Positions 52,201 to 64,000 of a stretch of DNA of 64,000 bases are shown here, one piece after another. Below the pieces are notes generated by a model. It made no database searches and had not been told where the DNA came from. It saw nothing but the letters and a program-made list of their open reading frames with translations. This stretch comes from Squalus acanthias (lineage: Eukaryota). Within the stretch, counting starts at the first letter, position 1. Each line of letters opens with the position of its first letter. The stretch is taken from NCBI GenBank assembly GCA_030390025.1, contig CM059432.1, positions 74,774,001 through 74,838,000 on the forward strand. Direction: 5' to 3'. The position numbers and the translations under genes were made by a program.

Positions 52201-55200
52201 AGGCATCATTACAAGGGATCAATGCAAGGGAAAAATACAAGGGATTAATACAAGGGATTAATACAAGGGATCAATACAAGTGATCAGTACAAGGGATCAA
52301 TACAAGAGATCAATACAAGGAATCAATACAAGGAATCAATTCAAGAGACCATTGCAAGGCATCAATGCAAGGGATCATTGCAAGGGATCAATACAAGGGA
52401 TCAGTACAAGGAATCAATACAAGGAATCAATTCAAGAGACCATTGCAAGGCATCAATGCAAGGGATCATTGCAAGGGATTAATACGAGGGTTCAACACAA
52501 GGGATCAGTACAAGAGATCAATACAAGGGATCATTGCAAGGGACCAATACAATGGATCAATGCACAGGATCAATACGAGGGATCAATACAAGGGATCAGT
52601 ACAATTGATCAATACAAGGGATCAATACAAGGGATCATTGCAAGGTATCAGTACAAGGCATCAGTACATGTGATCAATACAAGGGATCAATACAAGGGGT
52701 CATTGCATGGGATCATTGCAAAGGATAAATACAAGGGATCAATACAAGCGATCAGTCCAAGTGATCAGTACAAGGAATCAGTACAAGGGATCAAGACAAA
52801 GAATTAATACAAGGGACCAATACAAGGGGATCAATACATGGGATCATTGCATGGGATTAATACAAGGGATCAATACATTGGATCAGTACAAGGGATCAAT
52901 ACAAGGGGTCATTGCAAGGGATCAATACAAGTGATCAGTACAATTGATCAATACAAGGGATCAATACAAGGGATCATTGCAAGGGATCAATACATGGGAT
53001 CAGTACAATTGATCAATACAAGGGATCAATACAAGGCATCATTGCAAGGTATCAGTACAAGGCATCAGTACATGTGATCAATACAAGGGATCAATACAAG
53101 GGGTCATTGCATGGGATCATTGCAAAGGATCAATACAAGAGATCAATACAAGCGATCAGTCCATGTGATCAATACAAGGGATCAGTACAAGGAATCAGTA
53201 CAAGGGATCAAGACAAGGAATCAATACAAGGGACCAATACAAGGGGACCAATACATGTAATCATTGCATGGCATTAATACAAGGGATCAATACATTAGAT
53301 CAGTACAAGGGATCAATACAAGGGGTCATTGCAAGGGACCAATACAAGCGATCAATGCAAGGGATCAATACAAGGGATCAGTACAAGGGATCAATACAAG
53401 GGATCAATACAAGGAATCAATACAAGGGATCAATTCAAGAGACCATTGCAAGCCATCAATGCAAGGGATCATTGCAAGGGATCAATACAAGGGATCAGTA
53501 CAAGGGATCAATACTAGGGATCAATACAAGGGATGAATATAAGGTTTTCAATACTGTGGACCATTGCATGGGATCAATACAAGGGGATCAATACAAGGCA
53601 TCATTGCATGGGATGAATATGAGGGATCAATACAAGGGATCAGTACAAGAGATCAATACAAGGGATCATTGCAAGGGAGCAATACAAGAGATCATTGTAA
53701 GGGTCAATACAAGGGATCAGTACAAGGGATCAATGCAAGAGATCAATATAAGTGATCAACACAATGGATTGGTACAAGGGATCAATACAAGGGATCATTG
53801 CAAGGGACCAATACAACGGATCAGTGAAAGGGATCAATACAAGGTGATCAATACACTGGATCATTGCATGGGATTAATACAAGGGATCAATACAAGGGAT
53901 CAATACAAGTGTTCATTGCAAGGATTCATTGCAAGTGACCAATACAAGGGATCAATACAAGGGATCAATACAAGAGATCATTATAAGAGTCAATACAAGG
54001 GATCAGTACAAGTGATCAATAAAAGGAATCATTGCGAGTGATTAATACGAGGGATCAATACAAGGGATCAGCTGAAGGGATCAATACAAGGGACCAATAC
54101 AATGGATCAATACAAGGGATTAATACAAGGGAACATTGCAAGGGACCAATACAAGGGATCATAGCAAGGGATCAGTACAAGGGATCAATACAAGGGATCA
54201 ATACAATGGATCAATACAAGAGATCATTGTAAGGGTCAATACAAGGGATCAGTACAAGTGATCAATGCAAGGTATCAGTACAAGGCATCAGTACATGTGA
54301 TCAATACAAGAGATCAATACAAGGGATTATTGGAGGGGATCATTGCAAGGGATCAATACAAGGGATCAATACAAGGTATCAATACGAGGGATCAATACAA
54401 GCGATCAATACAAGTGATCAATGCAAGGGATCAATACACGAGATCAATACAAGGGATCAATACAAGGGATCAAGAAAAGGGATCAATACAAGGGATCATT
54501 GCAAGGGATCAATACAATTGATCAATACAAGGGATCAATACAAGGAATCAATACAAGGGATCATTGCAAGGGATCAATACAAGGGATCAATACAAGGGAT
54601 CAGAATAAGGGATCAATACAAGGGATCAATACAAGGGATCATTACAAGGAATCAATACAATGGCTCAGTACAAGTAATCAATACAAGGTGATCAATACTA
54701 GGCATCAATAGAAGGAATCAATACAAGGGATCAATACAAGGGATCATTGCAAGAGATCCATACAACAGATCAATAAAATGGATCAATACAAGGGATCATT
54801 GCAAGGGATCAATACAATTGATCAATACAAGCGATCAATGCAAGGGATCAATACAAGGGATCAATACAAGGGAGCAGTACAAGTGATCAATACAAGTGAT
54901 CAGTACAAGGAATCTGTACAAGTGATCAATACAAGGGATCAGTACAAGGAATCAATACAATGTCTCAGTACAAGGAATCAATACAAGGTGATCAATACTA
55001 GGCATCAATAGAAGGGATCAATACAAGAGATCCATACAACAGATCAATAAAAGGGATCAATACAAGGGATCATTGCAAGGGATCATTACAATTGATCAAT
55101 ACCAGGGATCAATACAAGGGATCATTGCAAGGGATCAATACAAGGGATCAATACAAGGGATCAGAACAAGGTATCATTACAAGGTATCAATACAAGGGAT

Positions 55201-58200
55201 CAATACAAGGGAGCAGTACAAGTGATCAATACAAGGGTTCAGTACAAGGAATCAATACGATGGCTCAGTACAAGGGATCAATACAAGGGCTCAGTACAAG
55301 GAATCAATACACGGGATCAATACAAGGCACCATAACGCGGGATCATTGCAAGGGATCAATACAATTGATCAATACAAGGGACAATACAAGGGATCAATAC
55401 AAGGGATCATTACAAGGGATCAATGCAAGGGATCAATACAATGGATCAGTTCAAGGGATCAAGACAAGGGGATCAATACATTGCATCATTGCATGGGATT
55501 AATACAAGGGATCAGTACAAGGGATCAATACAAGTGTTCATTGCAAGGGACCAATACATGGGATCAATACAAGAGATCATTGCATGGGATTAATACAAGG
55601 GATCAATACAAGGGGATCAATACAAGGGATCATTGCATGGGATCAATACAAGGGATCATTGCATGGAATTAATACAAGTGAGCAATACAAGGGATCAGTA
55701 CAAGGGATCATTACAAGGATTCATTGCAAGGGACCAATACAAGGGATCAATACAAGAGATCATTATAAGGGTCAATACAAGGGATCAGTACAAGGGATCA
55801 ATACTAGGGATCAATATAAGGTTATCAATACTGTGGACCATTGCATGGGATCAATACAAGGGATCAATACAAGGGATCAATACAAGGGGATCAATACAAG
55901 GCATCATTGCATGGGATGAATATGAGGGATCAATACAAGGGATCAGTACAAGAGATCAATACAAGGGATCATTGCAAGGGAGCAATACAAGAGATCATTG
56001 TAAGGGTCAATACAAGGGATCAGTACAAGGGATCAATGCAAGAGATCAATATAAGTGATCAACACAATGGATTGGTACAAGGGATCAATACAAGGGATCA
56101 TTGCAAGGGACCAATACAACGGATCAGTGAAAGGGATCAATACAAGGTGATCAATACACTGGATCATTGCATGGGATTAATACAAGGGATCAATACAAGG
56201 GATCAATACAAGTGTTCATTGCAAGGATTCATTGCAAGTGACCAATACAAGGGATCAATACAAGGGATCAATACAAGAGATCATTATAAGAGTCAATACA
56301 AGGGATCAGTACAAGTGATCAATAAAAGGAATCATTGCGAGTGATTAATACGAGGGATCAATACAAGGGATCAGCTGAAGGGATCAATACAAGGGACCAA
56401 TACAATGGATCAATACAAGGGATTAATACAAGGGAACATTGCAAGGGACCAATACAAGGGATCATAGCAAGGGATCAGTACAAGGGATCAATACAAGGGA
56501 TCAATACAATGGATCAATACAAGAGATCATTGTAAGGGTCAATACAAGGGATCAGTACAAGTGATCAATGCAAGGTATCAGTACAAGGCATCAGTACATG
56601 TGATCAATACAAGAGATCAATACAAGGGATTATTGGAGGGGATCATTGCAAGGGATCAATACAAGGGATCAATACAAGGTATCAATACGAGGGATCAATA
56701 CAAGCGATCAATACAAGTGATCAATGCAAGGGATCAATACACGAGATCAATACAAGGGATCAATACAAGGGATCAATAAAAGGGATCAATACAAGGGATC
56801 ATTGCAAGGGATCAATACAATTGATCAATACAAGGGATCAATACAAGGAATCAATACAAGGGATCATTGCAAGGGATCAATACAAGGGATCAATACAAGG
56901 GATCAGAATAAGGGATCAATACAAGGGATCAATACAAGGGATCATTACAAGGAATCAATACAATGGCTCAGTACAAGTAATCAATACAAGGTGATCAATA
57001 CTAGGCATCAATAGAAGGAATCAATACAAGGGATCAATACAAGGGATCATTGCAAGAGATCCATACAACAGATCAATAAAATGGATCAATACAAGGGATC
57101 ATTGCAAGGGATCAATACAATTGATCAATACAAGCGATCAATGCAAGGGATCAATACAAGGGATCAATACAAGGGAGCAGTACAAGTGATCAATACAAGT
57201 GATCAGTACAAGGAATCTGTACAAGTGATCAATACAAGGGATCAGTACAAGGAATCAATACAATGGCTCAGTACAAGGAATCAATACAAGGTGATCAATA
57301 CTAGGCATCAATAGAAGGGATCAATACAAGAGATCCATACAACAGATCAATAAAAGGGATCAATACAAGGGATCATTGCAAGGGATCATTACAATTGATC
57401 AATACCAGGGATCAATACAAGGGATCATTGCAAGGGATCAATACAAGGGATCAATACAAGGGATCAGAACAAGGTATCATTACAAGGTATCAATACAAGG
57501 GATCAATACAAGGGAGCAGTACAAGTGATCAATACAAGGGTTCAGTACAAGGAATCAATACGATGGCTCAGTACAAGGGATCAATACAAGGGCTCAGTAC
57601 AAGGAATCAATACACGGGATCAATACAAGGCACCATAACGCGGGATCATTGCAAGGGATCAATACAATTGATCAATACAAGGGACAATACAAGGGATCAA
57701 TACAAGGGATCATTACAAGGGATCAATGCAAGGGATCAATACAATGGATCAGTTCAAGGGATCAAGACAAGGGGATCAATACATTGCATCATTGCATGGG
57801 ATTAATACAAGGGATCAGTACAAGGGATCAATACAAGTGTTCATTGCAAGGGACCAATACATGGGATCAATACAAGAGATCATTGCATGGGATTAATACA
57901 AGGGATCAATACAAGGGGATCAATACAAGGGATCATTGCATGGGATCAATACAAGGGATCATTGCATGGAATTAATACAAGTGAGCAATACAAGGGATCA
58001 GTACAAGGGATCATTACAAGGATTCATTGCAAGGGACCAATACAAGGGATCAATACAAGAGATCATTATAAGGGTCAATACAAGGGATCAGTACAAGGGA
58101 TCAATACTAGGGATCAATATAAGGTTATCAATACTGTGGACCATTGCATGGGATCAATACAAGGGATCAATACAAGGGATCAATACAAGGGGATCAATAC

Positions 58201-61200
58201 AAGGCATCATTGCATGGGATGAATATGAGGGATCAATACAAGGGATCAGTACAAGAGATCAATACAAGGGATCATTGCAAGGGAGCAATACAAGAGATCA
58301 TTGTAAGGGTCAATACAAGGGATCAGTACAAGGGATCAATGCAAGAGATCAATATAAGTGATCAACACAATGGATTGGTACAAGGGATCAATACAAGGGA
58401 TCATTGCAAGGGACCAATACAACGGATCAGTGAAAGGGATCAATACAAGGTGATCAATACACTGGATCATTGCATGGGATTAATACAAGGGATCAATACA
58501 AGGGATCAATACAAGTGTTCATTGCAAGGATTCATTGCAAGTGACCAATACAAAGGATCAATACAAGGGATCAATACAAGAGATCATTATAAGAGTCAAT
58601 ACAAGGGATCAGTACAAGTGATCAATAAAAGGAATCATTGCGAGTGATTAATACGAGGGATCAATACAAGGGATCAGTAGAAGGGATCAATACAAGGGAC
58701 CAATACAATGGATCAATACAAGGGATTAATACAAGGGAACATTGCAAGGGACCAATACAAGGGATCATAGCAAGGGATCAGTACAAGGGATCAATACAAG
58801 GGATCAATACAATGGATCAATACAAGAGATCATTGTAAGGGTCAATACAAGGGATCAGTACAAGTGATCAATGCAAGGTATCAGTACAAGGCATCAGTAC
58901 ATGTGATCAATACAAGAGATCAATACAAGGGATTATTGGAGGGGATCATTGCAAGGGATCAATACAAGGGATCAATACAAGGTATCAATACGAGGGATCA
59001 ATACAAGCGATCAATACAAGTGATCAATGCAAGGGATCAATACACGAGATCAATACAAGGGATCAATACAAGGGATCAAGAAAAGGGATCAATACAAGGG
59101 ATCATTGCAAGGGATCAATACAATTGATCAATACAAGGGATCAATACAAGTAATCAATACAAGGGATCATTGCAAGGGATCAATACAAGGGATCAATACA
59201 AGGGATCAGAATAAGGGATCAATATAAGGGATCAATACAAGGGATCATTACAAGGAATCAATACAATGGCTCAGTACAAGTAATCAATACAAGGTGATCA
59301 ATACTAGGCATCAATAGAAGGAATCAATACAAGGGATCAATACAAGGGATCGTTGCAAGAGATCCATACAACAGATCAATAAAATGGATCAATACAAGGG
59401 ATCATTGCAAGGGATCAATACAATTGATCAATACAAGCGATCAATGCAAGGGATCAATACAAGGGATCAATACAAGGGAGCAGTACAAGTGATCAATACA
59501 AGTGATCAGTACAAGGAATCTGTACAAGTGATCAATACAAGGGATCAGTACAAGGAATCAATACAATGGCTCAGTACAAGGAATCAATACAAGGTGATCA
59601 ATACTAGGCATCAATAGAAGGGATCAATACAAGAGATCCATACAACAGATCAATAAAAGGGATCAATACAAGGGATCATTGCAAGGGATCAATACAATTG
59701 ATCAATACCAGGGATCAATACAAGGGATCATTGCAAGGGATCAATACAAGGGATCAATACAAGGGATCAGAACAAGGTATCATTACAAGGTATCAATACA
59801 AGGGATCAATACAAGGGAGCAGTACAAGTGATCAATACAAGGGCTCAGTACAAGGAATCAATACACGGGATCAATACAAGGCACCATAACGCGGGATCAT
59901 TGCAAGGGATCAATACAATTGATCAATACAAGGGACAATACAAGGGATCAATACAAGGGATCATTACAAGGGATCAATGCAAGGGATCAATACAATGGAT
60001 CAGTTCAAGGGATCAAGACAAGGGGATCAATACATTGCATCATTGCATGGGATTAATACAAGGGATCAGTACAAGGGATCAATACAAGTGTTCATTGCCA
60101 GGGACCAATACATGGGATCAATACAAGGGATCATTGCATGGGATTAATACAAGGGATCAATACAAGGGGATCAATACAAGGGATCATTGCATGGAATTAA
60201 TACAAGTGACCAATACAAGGGATCAATACAAGAGATCATTATAAGGGTCAATACAAGGGATCAGTACAAGTGATCAATAAAAGGGATCATTGCAAGAGAT
60301 TAATACAAGGGATCAATACAAGGGATCAGTAGAAGGGATCAATACAAGGGAACATTGCAAGGGACCAATACAAGGGATCAATGCAAGGGATCAGTACAAG
60401 GGATCAATACAAGGGATCAATACAATGGATCAATACAAGTGATCATTGCAAGGGACCAATACAAGGGATCAATGCAAAGGATCAATAAAAGGTCTCAATA
60501 CAAGGGATCAGTACAAGGGATCAATATAAGAGATCCTTGTAAGGGTCAATACAAGTGATCAGTAAAAGAGATCAATACAAGGGATTATTGCAAGATATTA
60601 ATACAAGGGATCAGAACATGTGATCAATACAAGGGATCACTAAGAGGGATCTTGCAAGCAATCAATACAAGGGATCAATGCAAGGTACCAGTACAAGGCA
60701 TCAGTACATGTGATCAATACAAGAGATCAATACAAGGGATTATTGGAAGGGATCATTGCAGGGGATCAATACAAGGGATCAATAAAATGGATCGATGCAG
60801 GGATCAATACAAGAGATCAATACAAGTGATCAATGCAAAGGATCAATACAAGTCATCATTGCAAGGTATCAGTACAAGGCATCAGTACATGTGATCAATA
60901 CAAGGGATCAATACTCGGGATCAATACAAGGGATCGTTGTAAGTGTCAATACAAGGGTTCAGTACAAGTGATCAGTACAAATGATCAATGCAAGGGATCA
61001 ATACAAGGGATCAATACAAGGGATCACAACAAGTGATCAATACAAGAAATCATTGTAAGGGTCAATACAAGGGATCATTACAAGGTATCAATGCAAGAGA
61101 GCAGTACAAGGCATCAGTAGATGTGATCAATACAAGAGAATAATACAAGCGATTATTGGAAGGGATCATTGCAAGGGATCAATACAAGGGATCAATAAAA

Positions 61201-64000
61201 TGGATCGATGCAGGGATCAATACAAGAGATCAATACAAGTGATCAATGCAAAGGATCAATACAAGTCATCATTGCAAGGTATCAGTACAAGGCATCAGTA
61301 CATGTGATCAATACAAGGGATCAATACTCGGGATCAATACAAGGGATCGTTGTAAGTGTCAATACAAGGGTTCAGTACAAGTGATCAGTACAAATGATCA
61401 ATGCAAGGGATCAATACAGGGGATCAATACAAGGGATCACAACAAGTGATCAATACAAGAAATCATTGTAAGGGTCAATACAAGGGATCATTACAAGGTA
61501 TCAATGCAAGAGAGCAGTACAAGGCATCAGTAGATGTGATCAATACAAGAGAATAATACAAGCGATTATTGGAAGGGATCATTGCAAGGGATCAATACAA
61601 GGGATCAATAAAATGGATCGATGCAGGGATCAATACAAGAGATCAATACAAGTGATCAATGCAAAGGATCAATACAAGTCATCATTGCAAGGTATCAGTA
61701 CAAGGCATCAGTACATGTGATCAATACAAGGGATCAATACTCGGGATCAATACAAGGGATCGTTGTAAGTGTCAATACAAGGGTTCAGTACAAGTGATCA
61801 GTACAAATGATCAATGCAAGGGATCAATACAAGGGATCAATACAAGGGATCACAACAAGTGATCAATACAAGAAATCATTGTAAGGGTCAATACAAGGGA
61901 TCATTACAAGGTATCAATGCAAGAGAGCAGTACAAGGCATCAGTACATGTGATCAATATAAGAGATTAATACAAGGGATCAATACAAGGGATCATTGCAA
62001 GGGATCAATACAAGGCATCAATACAAGGGATCAGATCAAGGGATCAATACAAGGTATCAATACAAGGGATCATTGCAAGGGATCAATACAATCGATCATT
62101 GCAAGGGATCAATGCAATTGATCAATACAAGGGATCAATACAAGTTATCGTTGCAAAGGATCAATACAAGGGATCAGTACAAGGAATCAATACGATGGCT
62201 CAGTACAAGGTATCAATACAAGGTGATCAATACTAGGCATCAATACAAGGGATCAATACAAGGGATCATTGCAAGGGATCAATACAAGGGATCAATAAAA
62301 GGGATCAATACAAGGGATCATTGCAAGGGAGAATTGCAAGGGACCAATACAAGGGATCAATGCAAGGGACCAATAGAAGTGATCATCGCAAGGGACCAAT
62401 ACAAGGGATCAATGCAAAGGATCAATAAAAGGTCTCAATACAAGGGATCAGTACAAGGGATCAATATAAGAGATCCTTGTAAGGGTCAATACAAGTGATC
62501 AGTAAAAGAGATCAATACAAGGGATCATTGCAAGATATTAATACAAGGGATCAGAACATGTGATCAATACAAGGGATCAATAAGAGGGATCTTGCAAGCA
62601 ATCAATACAAGGGATCAATACAAGGGATCGATACAGGGATCAATACAAGGGGATCAATACAAGGGATCATTGCATGGGATTAATACAAGGGATCAATACA
62701 AGGGGATCAATACAAGGGATCATTGCATGGAATTAATACAAGTGAGCAATACAAGGGATCAGTACAAGGGATCATTACAAGGATTCATTGCGAGGGACCA
62801 ATACAAGGGATCAATACAAGAGATCATTATAAGGGTCAATACAGGGGATCAGTACAAGTGATCAATAAAAGGGATCATTGCAAGAGATTAATACAAGGGA
62901 TCAGTAGAAGGGATCAATACAAGGGAACATTGCAAGAGACCAATACAAGGGATCAATGCAAGGGATCAGTACAAGGGATCAATACAAGGGATCAATACAA
63001 TGGATCAATACAAGAGATCATTGTAAGGGTCAATACAAGGGATCAGTACTAGTGATCAATGCAAGGTAACAGTACAAGGCATCAGTACATGTGATCAATA
63101 CAAGAGATCAATACAAGGGATTATTGGAAGGGATCATTGCAAGGGATCAATACAAGGGATCGATACATGGATCAACACAAGAGATCAATCCAAGGGATCA
63201 ATGCAAAGGATCAATACAAGTCATCATTGCAAGGTATCAGTACAAGGCATCAGTACATGTGATCAATACAAGGGATCATTGCAAGGGACCAATACAAGGG
63301 ATCAATACAAGAGATCAATACAAGGGATCAATACAAGGGATCAGTACACCTGATCAATGCAAGGGATCAATATATGAGATCATTGTAAGTGTCAATACAA
63401 GGGATCAGTACAAGTGATCAGTACAAATTCTCAATGCAAGGGATCAATACAAGGGATCACAACAAGTGATCAATACAAGAGATCATTGTAAGGGTCAATA
63501 CAAGGGACCATTACAAGGGATCAATGCAAGGTACCAGTACAAGGCATCAGTACATGTGATCAATACAAGAGATCAATACAAGGGATTATTGGAAGGGATC
63601 ATTGCAGGGGATCAATACAAGAGATCAATACAAGTGATCAATGCAAAGGATCAATACAAGTCATCATTGCAAGGTATCAGTACAAGGCATCAGTATATGT
63701 GATCAATACAAGGGATCAATACAAGGCATCATTGCAAGGGATCAATACTATTGATCAATACAAGCGATCAATACACGGGATCAATACAAGGGATCATTGT
63801 AAGTGTCAATACAAGGGTTCAGTACAAGTGATCAGTACAAATAATCAATGCAAGGGATCAATACAAGGGATCACAACAAGTGATCAATACAAGAAATCAT
63901 TGTAAGGGTCAATACAAGGGATCATTAAAAGGGATCAATGCAAGAGAGCAGTACAAGGCATCAGTAGATGTGATCAATACAAGAGAATAATACAAGCGAT
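46251..64000 (+). repeat. 13-bp satellite array, block 4b (CATTGCAA / CAATGCAA variant domain)
   Basis: The monomers GGGATCATTGCAA, GGGATCAATGCAA and CATTGCATG dominate the variants. Runs off the window end. Confidence 0.97.

Noticed and set aside
46213..63905. Numerous ORFs with QGINTRDQYKGSI repeats, here and in the other satellite blocks
   Set aside because: A 13-bp unit cycles through all three frames without a stop on the + strand, while the - strand contains TGA. This explains the overlapping, plus-only ORFs. There is no evidence of a gene.

Overview
This is eukaryotic (vertebrate, probably cartilaginous-fish) repeat DNA, and no host protein-coding gene is supported. About 73% of the window is a strand-asymmetric 13-bp satellite (consensus GGGATCAATACAA) with layered higher-order duplications and a switch in monomer variants near 46.2 kb. 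The many 'QGINTRDQYKGSI' ORFs are artefacts of this repeat. Three retroelement islands interrupt the array. (1) A 5'-truncated CR1 LINE at 5980-6725. (2) A minus-strand endogenous retrovirus at 10464-21484, with about 98.5%-identical LTRs, a tRNA-Ser PBS, a two-zinc-knuckle Gag, UGA-CGG gag-pro readthrough, a fragmented RT and a gamma-type Env TM. An apparently intact autonomous PIF/Harbinger transposon (13520-17723; DDE transposase plus a 3-exon Myb/SANT gene) has inserted into this ERV. (3) A near full-length decayed CR1 LINE at 33523-38767, carrying an 891-bp non-autonomous relative of the same Harbinger. The most interesting items are the intact Harbinger/MITE pair with non-TWA target duplications, the unusual defective ERV, and both LINEs sitting at the same register of the satellite monomer. 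All alignments and counts were done by eye; no database search was run, so novelty is unverified.
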